Assembly (NCBI GenBank): GCA_944331935.1
Contig: CALVIV010000002.1
Coordinates: forward strand, 770 to 64,769
From: an uncultured Bacilli bacterium
Lineage (GTDB): Bacteria; Bacillota_I; Bacilli_A; RF39; UBA660
Length of the DNA stretch: 64,000 nucleotides
Direction: 5' to 3'
The translations under genes were made by a program, and so were the position numbers. Shown in pieces: positions 9,922 to 18,372 of the stretch. The notes beneath the pieces were generated by a model. It had not been told where the DNA came from. It searched no databases and saw nothing but the letters and a program-made list of their open reading frames with translations. How positions within the stretch are numbered: position 1 is the first letter of the stretch; the number at the start of each line of letters is the position of its first letter.

Positions 9922-10689
9922 CTATAATTTATCTTTATATTTTCTTAATAAGTACTCTTCTTCTAAAAAATATTTATCATTAATCTTAATTAGGTGATGA
10001 TAATCTCTTTTAAAGTCTTTAGTCCTCTTTACTATTTTACTTTTTTTAAACTTATATTTATGTAAGTATCTTTCTAAGATAAACTTTTCTAAATAATAAT
10101 TTATATTTCTTTTTTCAGTTATTAGTTTTACTACTAAAAGAACTATTATTAATAAGATATTTATAGTAGGATTATAGAAAAAGATAAGGGCAATAAGACT
10201 AAGAAAGATGAATGATATAAAATAAATTATTTTAAAGCTTAACTGGTAAGAGGTTAAATAACAGATAAGTATCTGCATTATTCTTCCTCCATCTAAAGGA
10301 TATATTGGTAAAAGATTAAAGGTGAGAATGCTATAATTAATAGTAGTTATTATTTCTTGATAGTTATAGAAATATGGTATTTTTAATAAAATGCTATAAC
10401 CTATTAATTGCATAACTGGTCCCATTAAGAGAACTATTAACTCTTCTTTTAAGGGGCAGTTCACTTCATGAGTAAATTTAGATACTCCTCCATAAGGATA
10501 GAAAACTATTTTATCTACTTCCCAATTAAAGATATAAGCGGTAAAAAAGTGCCCACTTTCATGGATTAAAAGAAGAAGAGTCGTTATAAATATTAAATTA
10601 AAATATCCAGATAGAAAAGATAAAACGATTAGAAAGTAGCAACTGGGATGAATGATTATTCTACTTAATATACTCTTTATAGTCGACAA
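9922..10689 (-). CDS. spoIVFB: M50 site-2 metalloprotease, SpoIVFB-like
   Basis: HESGH (HExxH) and NLLPIYPLDGGRI motifs. Follows an M23-like gene downstream of mreCD, as in Bacillus. Confidence 0.75.
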   Translation of the reverse strand: MSTIKSILSRIIIHPSCYFLIVLSFLSGYFNLIFITTLLLLIHESGHFFTAYIFNWEVDKIVFYPYGGVSKFTHEVNCPLKEELIVLLMGPVMQLIGYSILLKIPYFYNYQEIITTINYSILTFNLLPIYPLDGGRIMQILICYLTSYQLSFKIIYFISFIFLSLIALIFFYNPTINILLIIVLLVVKLITEKRNINYYLEKFILERYLHKYKFKKSKIVKRTKDFKRDYHHLIKINDKYFLEEEYLLRKYKDKL

Positions 10690-11242
10690 AGTTACCCTCT
10701 TTTTGGAATGCTAGATAGAGATTTGTATCAATTACTTCTCCTATTAGAGAACCTTTTTCTACATAATCATACATATTGACACTACTATTAACATTACCAT
10801 AAAAAACATCTACACCATTAACTTGTTGGACAATAACTGTTTTACCATACTTATCTTTATCTCCTATAAAAACAACTATTCCACTATCTATGGCTTTAAC
10901 TAAATAATTTGATTTAACTGTTAATTTAACGCCATCTTCATACATGCTTTTATCAGTATAAACTAAGTTTTCATTAAAGACTTCTTTAGTATCATTATCA
11001 TTATTTTTTGTACCTAAAAAATATTTATCATAAAGAGCTTTAAAGTCTGTAAATGGTAGAGAGGTGTTATAAACATACTTGTTAAAGTTACTTTTAAAAT
11101 CTAGATTAGTTTTAAAGCCTATTAAAAGAATAAGGGTTACTATTATTGTTAGTAATACTTTTGTTATAAAACTTCTTATATGTTTTTTTAAATTATTGTT
11201 AGTATGAGGTTCTTTTTTCTTATAAAACTTTGATTCTACCAT
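10661..11242 (-). CDS. SpoIVFA-like membrane protein with degenerate LytM/M23 domain
   Basis: One TM helix. C-terminal GIVVFIGDKDKYGKTVIVQQVNGVDVFYGNV. Overlaps the M50 protease gene. Confidence 0.55.
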   Translation of the reverse strand: MVESKFYKKKEPHTNNNLKKHIRSFITKVLLTIIVTLILLIGFKTNLDFKSNFNKYVYNTSLPFTDFKALYDKYFLGTKNNDNDTKEVFNENLVYTDKSMYEDGVKLTVKSNYLVKAIDSGIVVFIGDKDKYGKTVIVQQVNGVDVFYGNVNSSVNMYDYVEKGSLIGEVIDTNLYLAFQKEGNFVDYKEYIK

Positions 11243-11287
11243 TTATATCACCACTTAATTATATGTATTAAGTAAAAGAAAAAGACA

Positions 11288-11788
11288 TCAGTTTAAATGT
11301 CTTTTGTGTGGCATATATTTACAAATTAAATATAGTATTTCGCCATAGATAATATTTAGTATTAGGCTATGACTTATTAAATAAAGAGTACTTTTTATAT
11401 TAACAGGAACAACATTGAAGATAAATAAGCTTAGAGAGAAAATAGTTTGATATATTACTATAGCAAAAATAGTTAAAAATAAATTTGTTAGAAGATTAAG
11501 TTCCATTTTCTTATAGATAAAGCTTACTATTAGTCCTATTAATAAAAAGAAAATAGCATTGGTAAATAAGAGATTAGTATAGAATAAATCATAAAGGAAA
11601 CCTGTTATACCTACTAAAATATAATAATCTTTATCTTTTTTCTTAAAGAAGGGATAGATTATAACAATGCTTATTAGAGTAAAGTATGGAGTAAATAAAG
11701 ATAAGTCTCCCATCATAAAGGGAAGAAAATTACTTAGTATTCCATCTAAGAATAAAGAGATGATAACTATTACTACTTGAAATATCAC
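11288..11788 (-). CDS. mreD: rod shape-determining protein MreD
   Basis: 166 aa, very hydrophobic, directly downstream of mreC. GTG start with GGAAAGTGA upstream. Confidence 0.7.
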   Translation of the reverse strand: MIFQVVIVIISLFLDGILSNFLPFMMGDLSLFTPYFTLISIVIIYPFFKKKDKDYYILVGITGFLYDLFYTNLLFTNAIFFLLIGLIVSFIYKKMELNLLTNLFLTIFAIVIYQTIFSLSLFIFNVVPVNIKSTLYLISHSLILNIIYGEILYLICKYMPHKRHLN

Positions 11789-11817
11789 ATAATCACTTTC
11801 CTTTCATTTTATAATTA

Positions 11818-11877
11818 GAAAACCGGACTTTTTTTGGGGAAAACCGGACTTTTTTTCAAGAAAACCGGACTTTTTAT
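11818..11877. repeat. 3 x 21-bp tandem repeat in the mreC-mreD spacer
   Basis: GAAAACCGGACTTTTT occurs three times with the CCGG cores at 11823, 11844 and 11865 (period 21). Confidence 0.9.
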
Positions 11878-12671
11878 TGTTTTTCCTCCTTAAGAACAGT
11901 AACATAGTGAATATTATTAAAGTTTTGGGTAGTCTTTACTCCTAAAGTCTTACTTAGTCCATACTTATCATTAGTAACCTGTTCTACTTCTCCTATATAT
12001 ATACCTCTTGGAAACATTCCACCTAAACCACTAGTTGTTACTACATCACCTTTATTAATATCTACCCTGCTATCTACTCCACTGATTAATACTAAATTGT
12101 TCTCTTTATCATAACCACTAAGTATGGCAGTCGTTTCTCCTGTTGTCGTAGCGATAGAAACAGATACTTTGTTATTTACGTCATTAGCAGTTATTAGTTT
12201 TATCTCACTAGAATAATTAGTAACATTTTGAATTTTACCGATTAGTCCATCTTTAGTAATGGCAACCATATTCTTCTTTAAGCCATCTTTACTACCTTTA
12301 TCTATTGTTAGAGTCTGATACCAATAACTTCTATTTCTAGTAATAACTGTAGCATTTACTACATCATAACCTGTTAATGTTTGATTTAAATCTAAAGTAT
12401 CACGAAGTTGTTCTATTTCTTCTTCTAAATGAACATTTAAATTCTTCTGAATTACATAACTTTCTGTTAAGTCAGTATCTTTATCAGCATTAAGAGATGT
12501 AAAGGGTAACATTACTCCTTTCATAACAATAGTAGCAGCATCTTTAAAGAATGATTCTACTACTGTTAACTTTCTATTAGATGATAGAGAGTAAAATAAA
12601 ACAAAAAAGGCTATGATTATAACGACAATGATAATAATAATTTTTCTTCTTTTTTTACTTTTTCTATACAT
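11874..12671 (-). CDS. mreC: rod shape-determining protein MreC
   Basis: N-terminal TM helix, coiled-coil (LEEEIEQLRDTLD), C-terminal beta domains with GLGGMFPRGIYIGEV. ATG at 12671 preferred over the upstream TTG. Confidence 0.85.
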   Translation of the reverse strand: MYRKSKKRRKIIIIIVVIIIAFFVLFYSLSSNRKLTVVESFFKDAATIVMKGVMLPFTSLNADKDTDLTESYVIQKNLNVHLEEEIEQLRDTLDLNQTLTGYDVVNATVITRNRSYWYQTLTIDKGSKDGLKKNMVAITKDGLIGKIQNVTNYSSEIKLITANDVNNKVSVSIATTTGETTAILSGYDKENNLVLISGVDSRVDINKGDVVTTSGLGGMFPRGIYIGEVEQVTNDKYGLSKTLGVKTTQNFNNIHYVTVLKEEKQ

Positions 12672-12723
12672 AGTATCTATTCCTTTCAAAGTTTAGTATA
12701 CTAATAACTTTTTATTTTTGCAA

Positions 12724-13401
12724 TTAATCTAGCAAATTATTTTCTAAAAAACTAAAATATTTACTTTCACTAACTATTAAATGGTCATAGATTAAAACAC
12801 CATGGATTCTCCCTAATTCTATTAAATAATTAGTAAACTCTATATCTTTAGGACTAGGATTAACACTTCCTGATGGATGATTATGTAAGCATATTATATA
12901 ACTGGCATTAACTTTATAGGCTTCTTTAAATATCTCTCTTGGATGAACATTACTTTTAGTCATAGTACCTTTAAATAGTAATTTACTACTTAGTACACCT
13001 TTCTTACTATCAAGATAAATACAATAAAAACACTCTTGTTTTAGTCCATAAAAAAATGATTTAGAATAGTTATAAATATCTTTAGCATTTATTAACTTTA
13101 CATTATCCTTTTCCTCTGTTAAGAATATTCTTTTACCTAGTTCTACTGCAGCAAGGATTTTAGTCGCTTTTACAGGGCCAATGCCTTTGATTTTAGTAAG
13201 TTCTTGATAGTTTAGATTAACAAAGTTTTTTAAGCTTCTAACTTCCTTTAAAAGAACAAAAGCAAGTTCATTAGCATTAACATTCTTTACACCTTCTCCA
13301 AGGATAATGGCTAAGAGTTCACTACTAGAAAGACTGTCCGCTCCTCTTTTGATGAGTTTTTCCCTAGGCCTTTCACTTTTTGGTATTTCTTTTATCTTCA
13401 T
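12724..13401 (-). CDS. radC: RadC-family JAB-domain protein
   Basis: HhH region IKGIGPVKATKILAAVELGKR and JAMM motif HNHPSGS. Confidence 0.9.
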   Translation of the reverse strand: MKIKEIPKSERPREKLIKRGADSLSSSELLAIILGEGVKNVNANELAFVLLKEVRSLKNFVNLNYQELTKIKGIGPVKATKILAAVELGKRIFLTEEKDNVKLINAKDIYNYSKSFFYGLKQECFYCIYLDSKKGVLSSKLLFKGTMTKSNVHPREIFKEAYKVNASYIICLHNHPSGSVNPSPKDIEFTNYLIELGRIHGVLIYDHLIVSESKYFSFLENNLLD

Positions 13402-13444
13402 AAATATACCCCCTTCAATTATATTTTATACAGTTTTTTAAATT

Positions 13445-13897
13445 TTACTCTAAAACAAATTCTTGATAGTTAGCAAGTACGACTTCATTAATAGAATTAA
13501 CTTCATCATTAGTCTTGGCTTTATTAAGTAAGATATCCATTTGTTCAAGGGTTGCTAAAAACTCTTCGTTTTCTATACTCATTTTCTTAATAGAAGCATT
13601 AATACCTTTTTCTTTATACATCTTCTTAAGTTTTTCAAGATTATCATTAGATGATGTGATAGCAAGATAGACGATGTAATTAGCATCTTCTTTAACTATT
13701 AGATATGGCTCAATGTTAGTAACTGCTTTTTTTGCTTGTTCTTTAGTACTGTAAGAACCTTCCATTAAAAAATAAGTACTATTTACTTCTTTGATAACAC
13801 TTTCTGATTCTAGCTTGTATTGTTCAAATAAAAAATTACCAAGAACCGCTCCTATTAATATTGCCACTAACATTGTTATAAAAAAACTCTTTGTCAT
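13445..13897 (-). CDS. membrane-anchored SPOR-like domain protein
   Basis: Start moved to the ATG at 13897 (GGTGA upstream), since the longer form would overlap the divergent gene. TM helix followed by FLMEGSYSTKEQAKKAV. Confidence 0.45.
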   Translation of the reverse strand: MTKSFFITMLVAILIGAVLGNFLFEQYKLESESVIKEVNSTYFLMEGSYSTKEQAKKAVTNIEPYLIVKEDANYIVYLAITSSNDNLEKLKKMYKEKGINASIKKMSIENEEFLATLEQMDILLNKAKTNDEVNSINEVVLANYQEFVLE

Positions 13898-13999
13898 TAT
13901 TATCACCATCTTGATATTAACAAAAGATATTTCACTATTTTGTCGAAAGTTGTAGTAAAATTTTAATAAAAGTGATAAATTAATAGTAGGAGGAAAAAG

Positions 14000-14473
14000 A
14001 TGAAAAAGAAATTTAAAATTTGGCAAGTAGTTTTAGGAGTATTTATCTTACTACTAGTTACAGGTTGTGGTAATAGTAATAGTATGGAATCTATGACTTG
14101 TACAAGAACAATGAATCAGAATGGAATTAAGACTAGCTTAAAATATAATGTTAAGTATAAAGGAGATTATGTTTCTAGAATAAAAACAGTTGAGACTGTG
14201 GAGACTGATAGTTCTGATATACTTAATACTTATAAAGAACAGATAGAGTCATTATATAGTCCTTATAAGGATGTAGAATATTATGATTATAATGTTGATG
14301 TTACTGATAATAAGTTGACTTCTACTGTTGATATTAATTATGAGAAAGTTGATACTGATAAATTACTTGAAATTGATTCTGCTAATGGGCAATTGATTAA
14401 AGATGGTAAAATCAGTGTTGATGATATTAAGAGTGTCTATGAAAGCTTAGGTGCTACATGTAAAAACGACTAG
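14000..14473 (+). CDS. lipoprotein (DUF1307/YehR-like impression)
   Basis: Signal peptide with lipobox LLVTGCG; SD GGAGG upstream. Confidence 0.6.
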   Translation: MKKKFKIWQVVLGVFILLLVTGCGNSNSMESMTCTRTMNQNGIKTSLKYNVKYKGDYVSRIKTVETVETDSSDILNTYKEQIESLYSPYKDVEYYDYNVDVTDNKLTSTVDINYEKVDTDKLLEIDSANGQLIKDGKISVDDIKSVYESLGATCKND

Positions 14474-14478
14474 AAATT

Positions 14479-15327
14479 CTAGTCTTTTATTTTGAGAGTT
14501 AAAGTGTGGACTGTTTCATCTTTGGTGAAGTTGTAACCATCTATTACTAAACCATTAGTTGTAGAGAGTGTTGCAAAGCCTGGGGCATAATAACCTAGGG
14601 AGTAACTATTTGGTTGGATGTTACTACAACTTGCTACTCTAAAGATATTTCTATTTTCTTTGTATTTAAAGAAATGAGAGTGTCCTTTTAGTATTAAATC
14701 ATAATTATAGTGAGGCGGTACTAAAGTTGATGTTGGAACGTTATGTTCTAGAAATATTTTATAGTTAGAACATTTAAGATAGGCTCCACCTGTACCTAAG
14801 ATAATAAATCTATCTCTTGATAGTTCTTTATATAAGTCAATACCTAGTCTTTTAAACTTAGTATCATGATTACCTAAGATGGCATAAGTTGTAATATTAG
14901 TTGGCCAAATATCATGAAATCTTTCAATCTGCTTATAATGTAATTTTATTAACTCATCATGAGTCAAATCACATCTTTCATCATAACTATCTAAGATGTC
15001 GCCTGTATGAAAAACTTTATTTATACCTATTTGTACTAAAAGATTAGTACTTTTTTTAATATAGTGGGGACTATCTTTAATATTACCTATATGAGTATCA
15101 CTTATTATTCCATATTTTGAATCTTTTAAAACTAAAGAAAACTGATATTTATATTTAAGTTTATTTAATACCCATTTTTTATCTTCAGATATATCTTTAT
15201 TATGTAATCCATAATTTAATAGTCCTAACATAGCATTATGATTAAGGTTATATTCTTTTTTTAGAATATCAAAGTTTTCTAGAGTTAATCTTGTTATTAT
15301 TTCTTTATATTTTATATCTTTTCTCAT
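14479..15327 (-). CDS. calcineurin-like metallophosphoesterase
   Basis: Motifs ISDTHIG, GDILD, GNHD, GHSH. Confidence 0.75.
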   Translation of the reverse strand: MRKDIKYKEIITRLTLENFDILKKEYNLNHNAMLGLLNYGLHNKDISEDKKWVLNKLKYKYQFSLVLKDSKYGIISDTHIGNIKDSPHYIKKSTNLLVQIGINKVFHTGDILDSYDERCDLTHDELIKLHYKQIERFHDIWPTNITTYAILGNHDTKFKRLGIDLYKELSRDRFIILGTGGAYLKCSNYKIFLEHNVPTSTLVPPHYNYDLILKGHSHFFKYKENRNIFRVASCSNIQPNSYSLGYYAPGFATLSTTNGLVIDGYNFTKDETVHTLTLKIKD

Positions 15328-15336
15328 ATCATTGTC

Positions 15337-15822
15337 CTATATTTCTTTAATTATTTTATAAGTTCTTATAATGTAGCCCTTTTTAAGATAAAACTCTAAA
15401 CCAGTCTTATTAGTACCAAATACATCTATATCTATATATTTACAATCAATACTTTTTAAATAGTCTTTAGCTTTTTCTAATAAAGAACTGCCTATACTTT
15501 GTCCTCTTTCATTTTCTTTGATAATTAATTTTAATATTCTCCCCCTTTTAGGACAAGTACTAACGTAGTTGTGACCGAATGGTAATCCATCAACTAGACA
15601 AGCAGTAAGACCTACTACTTTAGAATCTTTTAGGGCAAGAAAGATTTTACCTTCATTTTCTTTAATCTCATTATATACTAAATTAAAGTACTCTTCTTTG
15701 TAGTTATCTACATCAGTCATTATCTTTTGTTCATCTATCTTGGCATGATAGTCTTGTAACTCTATTAATAAGTCTTTTACATCTTCTTGATATTCATCAT
15801 TATACTCTTTTATTTCTATCAT
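15337..15822 (-). CDS. GNAT family N-acetyltransferase
   Basis: Acetyl-CoA motif RGQSIGSSLLEKAKDYL; 161 aa. Confidence 0.85.
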   Translation of the reverse strand: MIEIKEYNDEYQEDVKDLLIELQDYHAKIDEQKIMTDVDNYKEEYFNLVYNEIKENEGKIFLALKDSKVVGLTACLVDGLPFGHNYVSTCPKRGRILKLIIKENERGQSIGSSLLEKAKDYLKSIDCKYIDIDVFGTNKTGLEFYLKKGYIIRTYKIIKEI

Positions 15823-15867
15823 TTTACTACACCACTTTCACCTTTATATTATCATAAAAACTATACT

Positions 15868-15909
15868 TGTGGACAGTTTTTTGAGGTTGTGGACAAAATT
15901 CTGTGGACA
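15868..15909. promoter_or_regulatory. three TGTGGACA boxes upstream of the GNAT gene
   Basis: TGTGGACA at 15868, 15888 and 15902. On the gene strand (TGTCCACA) they lie just upstream of TATGATAAT. Confidence 0.3.
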
Positions 15910-15943
15910 AAAAAATCAACTACTTCCTCTAGAAGTGTTGATT
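15908..15943 (-). terminator. original intrinsic terminator of the tRNA cluster, now separated from it by the prophage
   Basis: Minus-strand hairpin AATCAAC-ACTTC/GAAGT-GTTGATT followed by T7. It lies 15 nt beyond the attL remnant of the tRNA-Phe 3' end. Confidence 0.6.
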
Positions 15944-15957
15944 TTATTAGCTTTTAA

Positions 15958-15976
15958 TGGTGGCTCCAGCGGGAAT
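15958..15976. repeat. attL core (orphan copy of the tRNA-Phe 3' end)
   Basis: TGGTGGCTCCAGCGGGAAT is identical to 52709-52727. Of the next 3 nt, 2 also match. Confidence 0.85.
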
Positions 15977-16078
15977 TGATTTTCAATAATATTTAGTAAT
16001 ATATTAAAAGAAAAAGCTTTATTTTATAACAAATAGCAATATCTTAAAATATAGCAAAATATACATTAATATATTTTT

Positions 16079-16157
16079 AAGAGGTAAATAAGGGGTAAAA
16101 ATATATTGATATAATAAAAACTAGGCATTAACCTAGTTGCTTTTTTTAGGGGTGAGC
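16079..16157 (+). other. relic of an integrase 3' end plus terminator hairpin
   Basis: AAGAGGTAAATAAGGGGTAAA (16079-16099) matches 52640-52660, the end of int, at 20 of 21 positions. It is followed by the ATAATAAAA + hairpin + T-run architecture. Confidence 0.5.
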
Positions 16158-16357
16158 CACATCTATGTGACTCCTGTCAATAGTCCAATATAACATTGGA
16201 TAAATACAACTCGCTACACTACCATTTAATGACATAGAATTAAAAGAATAAATGTAGCACTGTATCACTTTAATCATCTGCTTATTGAGCAAATTTCTTA
16301 AAGTAATTAAAGTATATATTAATATTTAAAAAAAATCAACTTTTTTTCAAAAAACTA

Positions 16358-16387
16358 TTGACACTGGGTACCTAGTTGTAGTATACT
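16358..16387 (+). promoter_or_regulatory. sigmaA-type promoter of the plus-strand cargo operon
   Basis: TTGACA (16358-16363), 18-nt spacer, TATACT (16382-16387). Confidence 0.55.
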
Positions 16388-16393
16388 ATTATC

Positions 16394-16510
16394 ATGAAAG
16401 GAGGAAAGAAAGTGAAATTTTCTATAGTACTATGGAAAATAAAAATAACCTTAAGCTTCGAAATAAATCGAAAACATAAGATTACAAAAGTTTCTAGAAG
16501 ATGGAGCTAA
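16394..16510 (+). CDS. possible small ORF (38 aa from ATG 16394, or 32 aa from GTG 16412)
   Basis: The ATG sits about 7 nt after the -10 box (leaderless option). The GTG is preceded by AAAGGAGG. Stop at 16508-16510 inside the small hairpin GGAGC-TAAG-GCTCC. Confidence 0.3.
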   Translation: MKGGKKVKFSIVLWKIKITLSFEINRKHKITKVSRRWS

Positions 16511-16591
16511 GGCTCCTCTTCACTAAATAATATAACATAGAAAATTATCACTGTCAAATTTATGAAGAATTTAGAAAGTGAGGAAAGAAAG

Positions 16592-16870
16592 ATGAAAAGA
16601 GAATTTTATGTAGTAGAAAGAGAAGAATCTTTTAATGGGGGTAATGAATATAACAATTATGAAGATGCTTTATATGATTTAAGAAAAACTTTAGAAGATG
16701 AAAGTAGTTATATGTATAATGTTAATAAAAATCATATATATACTCTATCTAAAGTAACTATTGAAGATGAAGATAATTATAACTGGGATACTTTAAAGAG
16801 TATTAGTGTTAAAGATTTTAGAAATTTAGATTATGAAGAAAAAGAAAAGTTCTTTAAAAGTGAGGTGTAA
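16592..16870 (+). CDS. acidic hypothetical protein (92 aa)
   Basis: Start moved to the ATG at 16592, preceded by GAGGAAAG. No family recognised. Confidence 0.55.
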   Translation: MKREFYVVEREESFNGGNEYNNYEDALYDLRKTLEDESSYMYNVNKNHIYTLSKVTIEDEDNYNWDTLKSISVKDFRNLDYEEKEKFFKSEV

Positions 16871-16872
16871 AT

Positions 16873-17325
16873 ATGGCATTTAATAAAAGAGAATATGATA
16901 ATAATTATGAGAAAGAACACTATAGTCAATTTAAGGTGAAATTAAAAATTGAAGAAAAAGAAAATTTAGATAATCTTTTAGAAAAAGAAAATATAACAAA
17001 AACAGACTTTTTGAAACAAAGTATTTATGAATTTAAGAAAGGAAGAAATATTATGATGAATAAATTTGATATAATTAACTTTTTAAAAAGAAACGAAGTA
17101 ACAGAAAAAGGAAATTTTAGAGAAGACTTCTCTGCAGGTCACTACTCTACTCAGGACACTTTATTAGAAAAATGGTATGAGTTAGAAGACGGTAGCTTCA
17201 ATACTACAGTATTAGATGACCACACTTATGCTTACATATCCGTATTTGATGACAAAGATGAACAAATTGCTGATGGATATATTGCTTATAAAGATTATGA
17301 AGAATTAATTAGTAATTATAAATAA
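16873..17325 (+). CDS. ribbon-helix-helix (Arc/CopG-like) N-domain protein with unknown C-domain
   Basis: KREYDNNYEKEHYSQFKVKLKIEEKENLDNLLEKENITKTDFLKQSIYEF fits the beta-alpha-alpha RHH pattern. Only 2 nt separate it from the previous stop. Confidence 0.55.
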   Translation: MAFNKREYDNNYEKEHYSQFKVKLKIEEKENLDNLLEKENITKTDFLKQSIYEFKKGRNIMMNKFDIINFLKRNEVTEKGNFREDFSAGHYSTQDTLLEKWYELEDGSFNTTVLDDHTYAYISVFDDKDEQIADGYIAYKDYEELISNYK

Positions 17326-17362
17326 AAAAGACCTAGAGGTTATTATTCCTCTAGGCTTTATT
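17325..17362. terminator. bidirectional terminator between convergent cargo operons
   Basis: A-run, CCTAGAGG-ttattatt-CCTCTAGG, then a T-rich tail. Confidence 0.65.
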
Positions 17363-17386
17363 AATTATGTTAATAATATTGATACT

Positions 17387-17833
17387 TTATTTTCCATGTT
17401 TATATAAAGTGCCTTTCCAGTCAATATAAAATATATAAAATATTGTATTTTTAATCATTCCAATTATTCTAGGATTAGCAGTTCCTGGTGGAGAGCCAGC
17501 AGGATATAATCTAAAAATTGCATATTTTTCGTTAGTTTCAGCTGGGTGAATATCTCTAAACTCTCGAGGTATACCTCCTTTTAAATTTAATTTTTTTATA
17601 GGTATCTCCTCTATAAAATTCTTTTTGTCACCTTGATATTCTATAATCATTACTGCATACATTTTAGACGACAAAAATTGTAACCTTTCTAATAATTTAA
17701 TAGCATCTTTAGATGATGGATTTCCATTTTCTTTGGCAAACGTAAAATTAAATTTTAAAAATTTTTGTGGATTACAATAATTACATATTTTTACTTTTGG
17801 TGTTAATGATGGAATACTCTTTTTGCTAGACAC
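17387..17833 (-). CDS. unclassified partner of the Panacea-domain protein (candidate toxin)
   Basis: 148 aa. GTG start overlaps the upstream stop by 8 nt. The C-terminus FRLYPAG...RIIGMIKNTIFYIFYIDWKGTLYKH gives a RelE/ParE-like impression only. Confidence 0.55.
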   Translation of the reverse strand: MSSKKSIPSLTPKVKICNYCNPQKFLKFNFTFAKENGNPSSKDAIKLLERLQFLSSKMYAVMIIEYQGDKKNFIEEIPIKKLNLKGGIPREFRDIHPAETNEKYAIFRLYPAGSPPGTANPRIIGMIKNTIFYIFYIDWKGTLYKHGK

Positions 17834-18347
17834 TATTTACTACTTGATTCTGAAAGTACTCTCTAATAAGCGATACTGGAATTTCTTTATCCATTCCTTT
17901 AGTTCTAACTGTAGTCTCCCACGGACCTCCTGGAGTGTGTGTCATTTCTCTTAATTGCCATGCAGTATATATACCAAAAGTATCATATACTGAATTTAGT
18001 ACAGTAGAAGATTCAATATCAAGTTCTATTTCTTCTATTTTTTTCATATCCTCAGGGGTTAATTCTATATTTATTTCATCTCTTCCCCATTTCTTAAAAT
18101 CATTATACACTTTTTTTACTACTGGTCCATGTGTCCATGCATTAATTTTGTCATTAAAAAGTACTTTATTATTTACTACTAAATTTACACCTTGAGCAAA
18201 ATATAATAATTTCTGTAATTTAAGATGCGTTAATCCTTCATACACTTCGTATTTATCATCATATTCCGTTTCATTTTCCAATTGATTAACTTTGTTTTTC
18301 CATAAAAACCACTTTGCAACATCTAGTGCATCATACCTTTTCTTCAT
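17826..18347 (-). CDS. Panacea/DUF4065 (SocA/GepA/PanA-like) domain protein, candidate antitoxin
   Basis: LTHLKLQKLLYFAQGVNLVV...INAWTHGPVVKKVYNDFKKWG is the DUF4065 hallmark. Start placed at the ATG at 18347 (GAAGGTGG upstream), because a promoter and operator lie inside the longer ORF-track form. Confidence 0.75.
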   Translation of the reverse strand: MKKRYDALDVAKWFLWKNKVNQLENETEYDDKYEVYEGLTHLKLQKLLYFAQGVNLVVNNKVLFNDKINAWTHGPVVKKVYNDFKKWGRDEINIELTPEDMKKIEEIELDIESSTVLNSVYDTFGIYTAWQLREMTHTPGGPWETTVRTKGMDKEIPVSLIREYFQNQVVNSV

Positions 18348-18372
18348 TCTAACCACCTTCATAATCCCTATC

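Noticed and set aside
16394-16510. The small peptide at the head of the cargo operon as a type I toxin.
   Set aside because: The peptide (..KFSIVLWKIKITLSFEINRKHKITKVSRRWS) has no transmembrane-length hydrophobic stretch. No antisense promoter was evident.
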